Shown in pieces: positions 10,136 to 19,944 of a DNA stretch of 64,000 bases. The notes below the pieces were generated by a model. That model was not told the DNA's origin and did no database searches. It saw nothing but the letters and a program-made list of their open reading frames with translations. Made by a program: the position numbers and the translations under genes. Numbering within the stretch: position 1 is the first letter of the stretch; every line of letters starts with the position of its first letter. The stretch is from an uncultured Chloroflexia bacterium (GTDB lineage: Bacteria > Chloroflexota > Limnocylindria > Limnocylindrales > CSP1-4): the NCBI GenBank assembly GCA_963809215.1, contig CAWEIJ010000002.1, forward strand, positions 1,326,224-1,390,223, in the 5' to 3' direction.

Positions 10136-11523
10136 GTGCCGTACTTCGCGATGGCCTGGAGGTGCTCGGCGTACGTCTTCGAGAAGATCGTCGTTCCGTC
10201 CTTCTTGGCCAGGAAGAAGAGGTAGCCCCCGCGCGTGTCCGGCGTGAGCGCCGCGTCGATGGACGCCACCGTCGGGGTGCAGATCGGCCCCGGCGGGAGC
10301 CCCTTCGACGTGTACGTGTTGTAGCCGGCGAGGGCTGCCGGGAGCTTCGCCGGGAGCGCTCCCTGGAACGGCGCCCAGAAGTTGTAGTCGACCCACTTCG
10401 GCATCGAAAGGTCGGCCAGCGCGAGCGAGTCGTTCACGTAGAACACGGTCGGATCCGACCCGAGGAAGCCCGCGGCCTCGGTGCGCGGGTTCAGGCGGTT
10501 CTGGAGGACGCCGGCGATCCTGGCTCGCTCCGAGTCGAGCCGCGCCTCCTGCTCGACGATCGAGGCCATCGTCAGGACCTGGGTCCAGGTGAGACCGCGC
10601 GCGGCAGCGACCTTCATTCGTTCCGGTCCCACCTCGGCAAGGAAGCGGTCCAGCATCATGCGGACCAGCTGCTCAGGCGTGGCATCGGGGAGGATCGAGT
10701 AATCGCCGGCCGCAAGGTAACCCTCGAGCGTCCCGCCCCTTGGGATCTGCAGCCAGGGGTAATCCTGGAGGAGCGTCGCGGGCGGCGTGCGCACGACGTC
10801 GAGGAACGCCGAGGCGGACATCGTGAGGGTGGCGAGCCCGTGGTCGGCGGCCTTCGCCTCGATGAGCGCCGCGATCTGCTCCAGTCGAAGGCCGGTCCGG
10901 ATCGACATCACGATGTGGGGGTCCGGGGCGGGCGGCGTCAGGAGCGTCACGGACAGCTGGTCGGGGGTCATGGTCTGGCGGACCACGAAGTCCCCGGCCT
11001 GGTAGCTCGTGCTCACGTTCCGCTCGAGCGAGATGAGCACGAAGGCCCGCGCATCGCGCAGCACGCCCGCCTGCACGAGCCGCGTCGCGATCGTCGCGGC
11101 CGTGTCGCCGGGCGCCACCACGAAGGGGACGTCCGCCGCGTTCGAGCCGGCAGGGTCCGTCAGGGCGCTTCCCAGGTCCTCGCGGACCATGTCGGCCACG
11201 AAGCCGATCCCGAGCGCGCTCGGGTTGTCGCCCGCCAGGTTCACGACGACGCCGCGGACGATGGGCCGGCCGAGCGTCGCCAGGAGCGCGAGCACGAGCC
11301 CGGCCGCAACGACGAGGAACACGATGAACCGAAGCGCCCCGGATCCGCGCCGGCGGGTGCCGCGGCGGGCGAGCTCGGAGGCCGAGACCGTGCCGGAACG
11401 GGGCGGGGCCTCGCCGGTCGCCCCACGCGGCGTGGCTTCGCGGCCGAGGCGATGCGCCATCGCGGTGCTCTCGGCTGCTGCGGCCCGATCGTCTCGGGGA
11501 CTGCCGCCGCCACGGATCGTCAT
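10132..11523 (-). CDS. mltG: Endolytic transglycosylase MltG
   Basis: N-terminal TM helix, LEGYL, ASIVEQEA catalytic Glu, LGSDPTVFY, YNTYTSKGLPPGPICTP, YLFF. Confidence 0.93.
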   Translation of the reverse strand: MTIRGGGSPRDDRAAAAESTAMAHRLGREATPRGATGEAPPRSGTVSASELARRGTRRRGSGALRFIVFLVVAAGLVLALLATLGRPIVRGVVVNLAGDNPSALGIGFVADMVREDLGSALTDPAGSNAADVPFVVAPGDTAATIATRLVQAGVLRDARAFVLISLERNVSTSYQAGDFVVRQTMTPDQLSVTLLTPPAPDPHIVMSIRTGLRLEQIAALIEAKAADHGLATLTMSASAFLDVVRTPPATLLQDYPWLQIPRGGTLEGYLAAGDYSILPDATPEQLVRMMLDRFLAEVGPERMKVAAARGLTWTQVLTMASIVEQEARLDSERARIAGVLQNRLNPRTEAAGFLGSDPTVFYVNDSLALADLSMPKWVDYNFWAPFQGALPAKLPAALAGYNTYTSKGLPPGPICTPTVASIDAALTPDTRGGYLFFLAKKDGTTIFSKTYAEHLQAIAKYGT

Positions 11524-12137
11524 CGATTGTCCTCGTCGGCGCCGGGCCCGGTCCCGGAAGGCCAGGACAGGCCGCGTACGTGGCCTTCGGCGTCATCGGA
11601 AGGCGCCCCAAGCGTACCCGACTCCGTCGGGACGCCGCGTGCGCGGCCTCCCCGGTCGCGGTCGGGCAGGATCCGTTCGCCCGGACGCCCCATCCCGCGG
11701 GCCACGAGCTCGTCCTCGAGGATCACGCCCGCTGCCGCGCGATCGATCCGGGCGCGGTTCGCCGCACGCCGCGCCGGCCCCGGCGGTCCACCCGACGGGC
11801 CGCGCTTCGCCCGCCCGACGCGACCTTCGGCCACGTGGCTCGAGAGGCGCTCGTCGCGCAGGGTGACGGGCAGGCCGGTGGCGCTCGCCATCGCGACCGC
11901 CCATTGCCGGGCGACGGCCGCGGCGGGCCCCTCGGCGCCGGACATGTCGAGGGGAAGCCCCACCACGAGCTCTGCGATCCCGTTCGCGGCCGCCACCCGA
12001 CCGAGCGCGTCGGCGTCGGCCTCGACCGAACGGCCGCGACCCAGGGTGGCGAGCGGCCGTGCCCGGAGCGCGTCGTCGTCGGCGATCGCCAGCCCGATCC
12101 GTCGCGTCCCGAGGTCGACCCCGAGGAGCCGGCTCAC
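11520..12137 (-). CDS. ruvX: Holliday junction resolvase-like / pre-16S maturation nuclease RuvX (YqgF)
   Basis: LLGVDLGTRRIGLA, LVVGLP, DERLSS, IDRAAAGVILE. Confidence 0.92.
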   Translation of the reverse strand: MSRLLGVDLGTRRIGLAIADDDALRARPLATLGRGRSVEADADALGRVAAANGIAELVVGLPLDMSGAEGPAAAVARQWAVAMASATGLPVTLRDERLSSHVAEGRVGRAKRGPSGGPPGPARRAANRARIDRAAAGVILEDELVARGMGRPGERILPDRDRGGRARGVPTESGTLGAPSDDAEGHVRGLSWPSGTGPGADEDNR

Positions 12138-14065
12138 GGGGCCGTCGATGCCGACGGAGCAGGCGATGCCACCGATCCGGACGGGGCCGGCGAGACGGCA
12201 GGTGCCAGCGACGCCGGCGGGCCGGCCGACTCGGAGGTCGCCGCCGGGGCGGACGGGCCCGGAGAGGACGGCAAGGCCGGGGCCGGCGAGGGAGTTGGGG
12301 CCGGCGAGGCGGTCGGGGCCGGCGACATGGACGGCGGCGACGACGGGGACGAGCCTGTCAGGCCCTCGATCCGCAGGTCCACCCGCGCGTCGAAGGTCGG
12401 GATCGTCGATGCCCAGCCCGGCCAGAGGGTGACCGTGACGTCTCCGAAGGCACCGAGGATTGCCTGCGCCTCCACTGCCGACCGACCCTCGACCTGCCTC
12501 CGGAGCGTGGCCTCATCGATGCGCGGCGCTGCGTCAGCGCGGGCCGTGACGCCGAAGCGGACGCGCTGCCCGTCGACGGTGCCGGGCCCGACCGTGACGG
12601 CAGCCGAGCCCGCCACGAGGTCCTGGTCAGACGGGACGGCGGCCGCGGCCCGGGCCTGGCCGAGCGCGAGGATCGGCGCCGGGTCGACGGCCACGACGGT
12701 CCCCGTCGCCGTCACCCCGAGGTCGAACTGGGCAACCTCCTGGTCGACGAGCGTTGCCGGGTCGACCGTCGCCGTGGCCGTCCCGCGCGTCGCGGTCTCC
12801 GGGTAGGCCGTCGTCCCCGCGATCAGCCCGACCGGAGCCGCCGCGGCCGTGACGAGCTGCGCGTCGAGCTGCTTCCCGAGCGCCGTGAGCGCCCCTGTGA
12901 CGTCCTTCTGGGTGACCTTTGGGAACTCCGTCCGCTTCCCGCCACTGGTGGGAGCAGGGTTCGTCACGGAGATGACGACGTTGTTGTACTGCCCGGGAAT
13001 GACCGTGATGGTGCCGGCGGCGACATTCGAGCCGGTCCCCGTCTTCGCCGCGGTGACCGTCACCGTTCGGTCCTGGCAGGCGATCCGGGGCGGGTTGAGG
13101 ATCGCGACGGGGAGGAAGACCGCCTCGTCCGTCCCGAAGGCGATCCCAGCAGCGGTCCGCACGGGCGTGCCGCCCGGGATGGTGTAGGACCGGGTCGGGT
13201 CGCAGTTCGTCCAGCGCACGCTGCCGACCGCGGGCGCCTCGTCGACCCGCTTGCCCGACGCCTTGAACGTGCCGCTCGCCGTCAGCGGGAGGTCCAGCCG
13301 GATCGCCGGGACCACCGCCGCCCCGCTGTCCGTGGCGGTCACGTCGGGATCGGCCGTGACGACGAAGCTCACCGGGGGGATGGGCACGGAGTGGACGCTG
13401 AGGACGATCGACGCGCTGGGCAGGAGGAGGTACGCAGCCACGCCCCCGGCGACCCCCACGAATGCCAGGACCAGGAGCCCGACGAGGGCCGCGTTCCGGC
13501 GGCGGTGACTCAGTCGGGGCGCAGGGCCGGTGCCGCGGTCGGCGCCGAGGCCGGTCGTCGGTCCCGGCCGGGCCGACCCGGGATGGGGCGCCGATGGGGG
13601 GAAGCCTGTCCCGGCCGCGGACTCGAGCGCCCCCTGCGGGATGGCGGCCGCTTGCCCGGTCGAAGGCGCCCCGCCCGCCGGTCTCCCGGCGGCAGGTGGT
13701 CCCGCGCCCGCGGGTCGTCCCGCGCCAGGCCCGGAGGCCCCGCGCCCGGCGGGCGGCTCGGGCGCCCGAATGGCGGCTCCGGCCTCCGCCGGGAGCGGAA
13801 GCGACGCTTCGTACTCCATCGTCGACGCGTAGACCGGCAGGCCCGCGGTCGCGGCCAGGGCGCGGGCCGCCGCGTCGGGCGCGACGATCGAGAGCCGGCG
13901 GCTCCGTTGCTGCGCCTCGCGCGCGAGCAGCCGGAAGTTGATTCGGCTCGTCGCGATCCGCGACCCGGCCGGGAGGACGAGGACGACGACGAGGTCCGGC
14001 GTCCCGCGAATCCGTGCGGCCGCCGACGTGATCTCGTCGTCGATGTCGAGATAGAAGATGGCCAT
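12134..14065 (-). CDS. Single-pass membrane protein with an exported baseplate J/gp47-like domain
   Basis: Small N-terminal alpha/beta domain, Pro/Gly/Ala linker, HRRRN followed by a TM helix (AALVGLLVLAFVGVAGGVAAYLLL), then TIPGGTPVRT...F.TDEAV...VTAAKTGTGSNVAAGTIT...VTNPAPTSGG (baseplate-J-like pattern) and a Pro/Ser/Ala tail. Confidence 0.75.
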   Translation of the reverse strand: MAIFYLDIDDEITSAAARIRGTPDLVVVLVLPAGSRIATSRINFRLLAREAQQRSRRLSIVAPDAAARALAATAGLPVYASTMEYEASLPLPAEAGAAIRAPEPPAGRGASGPGAGRPAGAGPPAAGRPAGGAPSTGQAAAIPQGALESAAGTGFPPSAPHPGSARPGPTTGLGADRGTGPAPRLSHRRRNAALVGLLVLAFVGVAGGVAAYLLLPSASIVLSVHSVPIPPVSFVVTADPDVTATDSGAAVVPAIRLDLPLTASGTFKASGKRVDEAPAVGSVRWTNCDPTRSYTIPGGTPVRTAAGIAFGTDEAVFLPVAILNPPRIACQDRTVTVTAAKTGTGSNVAAGTITVIPGQYNNVVISVTNPAPTSGGKRTEFPKVTQKDVTGALTALGKQLDAQLVTAAAAPVGLIAGTTAYPETATRGTATATVDPATLVDQEVAQFDLGVTATGTVVAVDPAPILALGQARAAAAVPSDQDLVAGSAAVTVGPGTVDGQRVRFGVTARADAAPRIDEATLRRQVEGRSAVEAQAILGAFGDVTVTLWPGWASTIPTFDARVDLRIEGLTGSSPSSPPSMSPAPTASPAPTPSPAPALPSSPGPSAPAATSESAGPPASLAPAVSPAPSGSVASPAPSASTAP

Positions 14066-14075
14066 CGAGGCGACG

Positions 14076-15339
14076 CTACAGCTTCATCGCGCGAAGGACG
14101 CGCCGGAGCGCGGCGTCGAGGGGGTCCTGCTCCGCCTGGAGCTCGATCGCCTGGAAGGCAAGCCCCAGCGGCGTGACGTCCTGCTGGTCCACGAGCAGCT
14201 GCGTGGCGTCCGTGATCGACTCGACCATCGCGGGCTGCATGACCGACGACCTCCGGCGGCCGGCTGAACGGCAGGCGCTTCCAGAAGCGCGGGTCGCGCA
14301 GGGCGGTCGCCGTCTCGGGCAGCCGCGAGCCGCCCCCGCACAGGTAGATGCGCCCCGGCAGCAGGTCGCCCCCGGCAAGCTCGTCGAGGACCAGCTCCAC
14401 GCCGGCCGCCCAGACGGCCACGTCGTCGCCCACGATCTCGGCGATCGCGTCGTGCTCCGGCATCGCGAGCCCACGCGCGTAGTCGACCTTGAGCGCCTCG
14501 GCGCGCGGGAACGGGAGGTCCAGGCGGTCTGCCAGCGACTTCGTGAAGGCCCGGCCGGCGAGCGCGAACATCCGCGTCCCCTCGATGCCGCCCGCGCGGA
14601 CCAGCGCGACATCGGTGGTGCCGCCGCCGACGTCGACGAAGAGGGCGCCCGCCTGCTGCACCTGCTCCGAGGCGAGCACCCTGGCGACGGCGTACGGCTC
14701 GGCCACGATCTCGAGCAGCTCGAGGTCGAGCTGCGCCGCGACGCTCTCGAGGGCGCCAAGGTGGACGAGCGGAGCGAACGCGTTGAAGATCCCGATCCTG
14801 ACGTGGCGGCCCTGGAAGCCCACCGGGTTCGTGACCGCGTAGCCGTCGATGCTGGCCGACGTGACCGCGGCGTGGACCAGGCGCACGTCCACGTTGGGCA
14901 GGCCGGTCTCCCACGTGATCGCCCGCTCCGCCTCGATGAGCGCGGCACGCTGCACCCCGTCGATGAGCTTCTGGAGCTCTGCGTCCGTGATCGCGACGTC
15001 CGGCTTGCGGCGCTCCTGGCTGTGCGACGTCGTGAACCCCTTGACCAGCTCGCCGGCGATCCCGATGACGACCTGGGTGGGGCGGAAGCCTGCCATCTCC
15101 TCGGCTTCCTGGAGCGCGACGGCACAGTTGTCGACGACCGCGGCGATGTCTGCCACCGTCCCCGACTGCATGTGGGCGAGACCCTGGCGCTTTCGACCCA
15201 CGCCGCGGACGGTCCCGCGGCCCTGGGCGTCGATCTCGAAGACGAGCGCCTTCGCGAACTCGGTCCCGACATCGAGCGCGGTGCAGGCGGCAAGCTGGGC
15301 GCCGCCGTCGCGCTGCCAGAAGCGGCGCAGGAACGCCAT
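14076..15339 (-). CDS. FtsA-like actin-fold ATPase (one extra base near 14244, probably a sequencing error)
   Basis: ALDVGTEFAK (phosphate 1), FtsA-like 1C insert (SIDGYAVTNPVGFQG), VAEPYA, VDVGGGTTD (phosphate 2), LCGGGSRL (adenosine). The C-terminus MQPAMV...LDAALRRVLRAMKL* is in a shifted frame and ends 10 nt before the next gene. Confidence 0.85.
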
Positions 15340-15347
15340 GGCCGGGC

Positions 15348-18110
15348 CTAGCCGCCGCCGAGCGCGGCCAGAGCCGCGGCGATCGCCTCCAGCGCGGCCG
15401 GCAATCCCTCGCGTCGCGAGCCGCGGCCCTGGGCCATCTCCGGCCGCCCGCCGCCCTTCCCGTCGATGTGCGCCATCGCGGCGCGAACCAGGTCGCCGGC
15501 CGCCACGCCGCGAGCCACCAGGTCGTCGGACACGCCAACGAAGAGCTGCGGCTCGTCCGCGTCGAGCCCCACCGCGATGACGCCCGAGGGGAGGAGCCCG
15601 CGGGTCTCCTTCGCGGCCGCCTTGAGCTCCTCGATCGACGCCCATGGAGCCGCGCGGGAGACGAGGCGGATGCCGGGCGCGACCTCCCGCGCCCCGGCCG
15701 CGAGCTCGGCAGGCTTCGGGACGCCGCTTCCGGCACCGGCCCGCAGCCGCCGCTTCGCCTCCCGGAGCTCCGCTTCCAGCGCCGCGATCCGCTCGGCCAC
15801 GGCCTCGACGGTCTGGGCGCCGACGCGTTCGGCGACGCTCGCGAGGAGCTCGGAGCGGGCACGCAGGTAGTCGTCGGCGGCCTCGCCGGTGAGCGCCTCG
15901 ATCCGGCGCATCCCCGAGCCGATGCTGCGGTCCGCGGTGATCACGAAGCTGCCCACCTCGCCGGACGCGCGGCAATGCGTCCCGCCGCAGAGCTCGAAGC
16001 TGTAGTCCGCGACGCGCACGGTGCGGACCGTCTCGCCGTATTTCTCGTCGAAGAACGCGTCCGCGCCAGCGCCGATCGCGTCGGCCATCGGGAGGGTCTT
16101 CACGGTCACCGGCCGATCCTCGCGGACGACACGGCGAACCTCGTCCTCGATCCGGCGCTGCTCGTCGTCGGTCAGGGCGCGGTCGAGGGGGTAGTCGAAA
16201 CGAAGGTAGTCCGGCGAGACGAGCGAGCCGGCCTGCCGCGCGCCGGGGCCGGCGACGTTGCGCAGCGCACGATGGAGCAGGTGGGTGCCCGTGTGGTTGC
16301 GCATCGTCCGGGCCCGCCGCTCGGGATCGACCACGGCGCTCACGGTCTCGCCGACGCGGAGGCGCCCGTGGAGCCTGCCGCGGTGGACCACGAGCGCGCC
16401 GGCCGGCCGGAACGTCTCCTCGACGGCGAAGAGCGACGAGCCGCCGCCCTCCTCGCGGAGCTCGCCGGTGTCGCCGACCTGCCCGCCGCTCTCGGCGTAG
16501 AAAGGCGTCCGATCCAGGATCACCTCCGCCTCGCCCGAACCGGTGAGCTCGTCGTAGGCCGTGCCGTCGCGCAGGATCGAGAGGACACGGCCCTCCGACG
16601 TCGTCGCCTCGTACCCGACAAACGTCGTCGCGCCGGCGCGGCGCAGGATCTCCTCGTACTGCGCCGTCAGCTGCGCATGGCGCGCCAGCTCGGCCTTGCG
16701 GCCGCCCCGGCTGCGTTCCCGCTGCTCCGCGAGCGCGACCTCGAACCCGGGCCGGTCCACGCGCACGCCGCGCTCCGCGGCCAGCTCGATCGTCAGGTCG
16801 ATCGGGAAGCCGTACGTGTCGTGGAGCTTGAAGGCGACCCGGCCGGCGAGGATCGGGGCCTCGGCGGGGACGTCCTCGGGCCGGCGCCCGATGACGCGCT
16901 CGGCGTCGGTCAGGGGACTGAGCGCCGCGTCGAGCTGGGCCGTTCCTGCGTCGAGCGTCCGGGCGAACTGGACCTCCTCGCGCGCGATCGCGGCGAGGAT
17001 CCGCTCGCGTTCGTCACGGAGGAGCGGATATGCCTCGCCCATCACCTCGATGACCGTGGCCGCCGTCTCGACGAGGAACGGCTCGCGCCGCCCGAGCAGC
17101 CGGCCGTGTCGGACCGCGCGCCGGATGATCCGGCGCAGGACGTAGCCACGGCCCTCGTTCGCCGGGAGGACACCGTCGGCGATGAGGAAGGTCATCGCCC
17201 GGCTGTGGTCCGCGATCACCTGGTAGCTGAAGCGCTCGGCCTCGAAGGCCTCGGGATCGTGGCCCATCAGCACGCGCATGCGCGCGTGGATCGGCGTGAA
17301 GACGTCCGTGTCGAAGTTGCTGGGGACCTGCTGGACCACGCTCGCAAGCCGCTCCAGGCTCATGCCCGTGTCGACGCTCGTGAACGGGAGCGGCACGCGA
17401 CCGCCCGGTCGCTGCTCGAACTCCATGAACACGAGATTCCAGATCTCGAGCCAGCGAGGGCAGTTCTCGGAGTGATCCGGGATGCAGCCAGGTCCCTCGG
17501 AGAGATAGGCGCCACGGTCGAAGTGAATCTCGCTGCACGGACCGCAGGGACCCGTGTCGGCCATCCGCCAGAAGTTGTTGTCGTCACCCGAGTCGACGTT
17601 TCCCCAGCGCGCCATGCGCTCGGGCGGAAGCCCGATCTCGTCACGCCAGATCGCCCAGGCAGCGTCGTCGTCGGTATACGTGGTTGCCGCCAGGCGCTCG
17701 CCGGGGATGCCCATCTCCTCGGTCAGGAACTCCCACGCCCAGTGGATCGCCTCGCGCTTGAAATAGTCGCCGAAGCTCCAGTTGCCGAGCATCTCGAAGA
17801 ACGTGTTGTGGCGGGTGGTCCGGCCGACTTCCTCGAAGTCGTTGTGCTTGCCGGCGACACGCAGCACGCGCTGATAGTCCACCGCCCGGACATAGCTGCG
17901 CCTCTCGGCGCCGGTGAAGACCTCCTTGAACTGGACCATGCCCGAGTTCGTGAACAGGAGGGTCTGGTCTGCCGCCGGGATGAGACTCGCGCTGGGCACG
18001 ACCGTGTGGCCGCGCGCGGCAAAGAAGTCGAGGAACCGGTGGCGAATCTCCGCGGCAGAGAGCGAGACGATCCGCGGGTCGTTGCCAGGCGGGACGGGCA
18101 GGGTGGGCAT
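15348..18110 (-). CDS. alaS: Alanine--tRNA ligase
   Basis: TLLFTNSGMVQFK, FFEMLGNWSFGDYFK, GPCGPCSEI, EIWNLVFM, TPFYAESGGQVGD, editing NHTGTHLL and ELCGGTH, GKGGGRPEMAQG. Confidence 0.98.
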   Translation of the reverse strand: MPTLPVPPGNDPRIVSLSAAEIRHRFLDFFAARGHTVVPSASLIPAADQTLLFTNSGMVQFKEVFTGAERRSYVRAVDYQRVLRVAGKHNDFEEVGRTTRHNTFFEMLGNWSFGDYFKREAIHWAWEFLTEEMGIPGERLAATTYTDDDAAWAIWRDEIGLPPERMARWGNVDSGDDNNFWRMADTGPCGPCSEIHFDRGAYLSEGPGCIPDHSENCPRWLEIWNLVFMEFEQRPGGRVPLPFTSVDTGMSLERLASVVQQVPSNFDTDVFTPIHARMRVLMGHDPEAFEAERFSYQVIADHSRAMTFLIADGVLPANEGRGYVLRRIIRRAVRHGRLLGRREPFLVETAATVIEVMGEAYPLLRDERERILAAIAREEVQFARTLDAGTAQLDAALSPLTDAERVIGRRPEDVPAEAPILAGRVAFKLHDTYGFPIDLTIELAAERGVRVDRPGFEVALAEQRERSRGGRKAELARHAQLTAQYEEILRRAGATTFVGYEATTSEGRVLSILRDGTAYDELTGSGEAEVILDRTPFYAESGGQVGDTGELREEGGGSSLFAVEETFRPAGALVVHRGRLHGRLRVGETVSAVVDPERRARTMRNHTGTHLLHRALRNVAGPGARQAGSLVSPDYLRFDYPLDRALTDDEQRRIEDEVRRVVREDRPVTVKTLPMADAIGAGADAFFDEKYGETVRTVRVADYSFELCGGTHCRASGEVGSFVITADRSIGSGMRRIEALTGEAADDYLRARSELLASVAERVGAQTVEAVAERIAALEAELREAKRRLRAGAGSGVPKPAELAAGAREVAPGIRLVSRAAPWASIEELKAAAKETRGLLPSGVIAVGLDADEPQLFVGVSDDLVARGVAAGDLVRAAMAHIDGKGGGRPEMAQGRGSRREGLPAALEAIAAALAALGGG

Positions 18111-18201
18111 CGAGCCTAATGGTAGCGAACGGAGCGGGGCGATCCCGACCCGTGCCGTGGCCCCCCGGCCGTCGGGGGCGCGCTGACCCTCCCGGTCCGC
18201 G

Positions 18202-18483
18202 CTACAGCCTGCCCTCCCGTTCGGCACTCCGCCCTGCCCGGTCGCCCCCGGTCCGAGGCGGCCCCGCAGGGCGGCGGGGCGTCGGCGGGCCAGCGCCTCG
18301 CCGAGAAGCCGACGCCGACGCGCCGCCCACGCGGCGCCGGATCCGGCGCCAGACCGTGGATCCTGCGATGACCGCGCCGACGAATGCCCCGAGCGTGGCG
18401 CCCCGGACGAAGACCGCCAGCGGGTCGTCGTCGCGCCGGGGCGCGCCGGGCGGCGTGCGGGCGACGGCCGACCGGCGGCTCAT
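18202..18483 (-). CDS. Small membrane-anchored hypothetical protein
   Basis: LAVFVRGATLGAFVGAVIAGSTVW hydrophobic helix. The ATG overlaps the upstream stop (ATGA). Confidence 0.55.
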   Translation of the reverse strand: MSRRSAVARTPPGAPRRDDDPLAVFVRGATLGAFVGAVIAGSTVWRRIRRRVGGASASASRRGAGPPTPRRPAGPPRTGGDRAGRSAEREGRL

Positions 18484-18785
18484 CGGTCCGGCCCCGGACC
18501 GGCCTCGGCCCGGGTCGGCCCCAGGACGGAGACGAGGACCACGAGGACGATCCCGCCGAGCGCGCCGAGCGACGCCGAGATGAGCCGGAAGTCCCCGATG
18601 CGCAGGAGGTCGAACGGGCCGCCGATGCGCCCACCCACGGCGTCGCCCGCCCACGCCCCGCTGATGGCGAGGAGCAGCACGAACGGAAGGCGGGCGCCGG
18701 CCACGCCGCGGACCAGCACGGCGGCGCCCGTCCAGAAGACGCCCAGCAGGATCGCGAGGACGAGCGACGGCCCGATCTCCGGCAC
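18480..18785 (-). CDS. Small 3-TM membrane protein, possibly GlsB/YeaQ (transglycosylase-associated)-like
   Basis: Three Gly-rich hydrophobic segments (SLVLAILLGVFWTGAAVLV; LPFVLLLAISGAWAGDAVG; LISASLGALGGIVLVVLV). Starts 10 nt after the mnmA stop. Confidence 0.65.
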   Translation of the reverse strand: MPEIGPSLVLAILLGVFWTGAAVLVRGVAGARLPFVLLLAISGAWAGDAVGGRIGGPFDLLRIGDFRLISASLGALGGIVLVVLVSVLGPTRAEAGPGPDR

Positions 18786-18795
18786 GGTCCGTCCC

Positions 18796-19938
18796 CTACC
18801 CGTCGTCGCGCACGATGCGCCCGCCGCCCACCACGAGGTCAGGATCGTCGACGGCGTAGAGGACACACGCCTGCCCCGGCGCAGCGGCCCAGACCGGGAC
18901 CGCCGTCTCCACGGCCCAGCGCCGATCGCGGGCCGACGGCGCCGACCCGGTGACGGCCACGGGCCGGACGTCGGCGAGGACGGCCTCGGCGCGATGGCGG
19001 ACCTGCGCCCGGGCGGCGAACGACGCGCCCGCGGCGGTTGGCGGGCTCCCGGCGACGAACGTGACCTCGGCAAGCGTGAAACGTCGCGTCTCGAGATCGG
19101 CGCGGCGCGCGAGCACGATCGTGTTCGCGCCGGGGTCCACCCGGCTCACGTAGCGCGGCTCGCCGAGCGCGATGCCCAGCCCGCGGCGCTGCCCCACGGT
19201 GAAGCCGGCGGCGCCCGCGTGCGCGCCCACGACCCGGCCGTCGCGCGCGTCGATCGCCGGGCCCTCGACCGGCAGCCAGCCGGTCCGCGCCCGCAGGGCG
19301 TCGCGGGGATCGCCCGTCGGCACGAAGCAGATCTCCATGCTCTCGGGCTTCTCCGCCGTCGCGAGCCCGCGCGCTCGCGCGAGCTCGCGGACCTCGGCCT
19401 TCGTCAGCGCTCCCAGCGGGAACCACGCGTGGGCCAGCTGGTCCTGGCGCAGCCCGTACAGGAAGTAGGCCTGGTCCTTGGCCCGGTCGGCACCCCGCCG
19501 CAGCCGATGGATCGGCCTGCCGTCGGCGTCCGTGACGGTCTCGCGGCGGGCGTAGTGTCCGGTCGCGACGGCGTCGCAGCCGTACAGCCGCCGGGCCCGC
19601 CCGAGCAGCGCCCCGAACTTGACGGTGCTGTTGCAGTCCACGCACGGGCTGGGCGTCTCGCCGCCGAGGTACGCGGCAAGGAACGGGCGGATCACGCCGG
19701 CCTCGAACTCGCGCTCAAGGTTGAGGACGTAGAACGGGACGTCGAGCTGCGCCGCCACCCGTCGGGCGTCCTCGGCCGCGTCCGCGGAGCAACAGCTCTT
19801 CTTGATCTCCGAGTAGGCGTCCGCGCCCTCGTGGACCCGCATCCAGACGCCGATCACGTCGTGCCCGGCCTCGGCCAGCAGCGCCGCTGCGACCGAGCTG
19901 TCGACCCCGCCGGACATCGCGACGAGCACGCGTGCCAT
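18796..19938 (-). CDS. mnmA: tRNA-specific 2-thiouridylase MnmA
   Basis: [65 protein letters not shown]. Confidence 0.96.
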   Translation of the reverse strand: MARVLVAMSGGVDSSVAAALLAEAGHDVIGVWMRVHEGADAYSEIKKSCCSADAAEDARRVAAQLDVPFYVLNLEREFEAGVIRPFLAAYLGGETPSPCVDCNSTVKFGALLGRARRLYGCDAVATGHYARRETVTDADGRPIHRLRRGADRAKDQAYFLYGLRQDQLAHAWFPLGALTKAEVRELARARGLATAEKPESMEICFVPTGDPRDALRARTGWLPVEGPAIDARDGRVVGAHAGAAGFTVGQRRGLGIALGEPRYVSRVDPGANTIVLARRADLETRRFTLAEVTFVAGSPPTAAGASFAARAQVRHRAEAVLADVRPVAVTGSAPSARDRRWAVETAVPVWAAAPGQACVLYAVDDPDLVVGGGRIVRDDG

Positions 19939-19944
19939 GCCGCC

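Noticed and set aside
12140-12345. Repetitive DNA or a CRISPR-like array
   Set aside because: It encodes the Pro/Ser/Ala (SPAP-type) tail of the membrane protein and has no repeat-spacer structure.
12134-14065. Prophage or contractile injection system suggested by the baseplate-J-like domain
   Set aside because: No sheath, tube, spike, capsid, terminase or integrase genes are present. The protein has a TM anchor and lies in a housekeeping operon.
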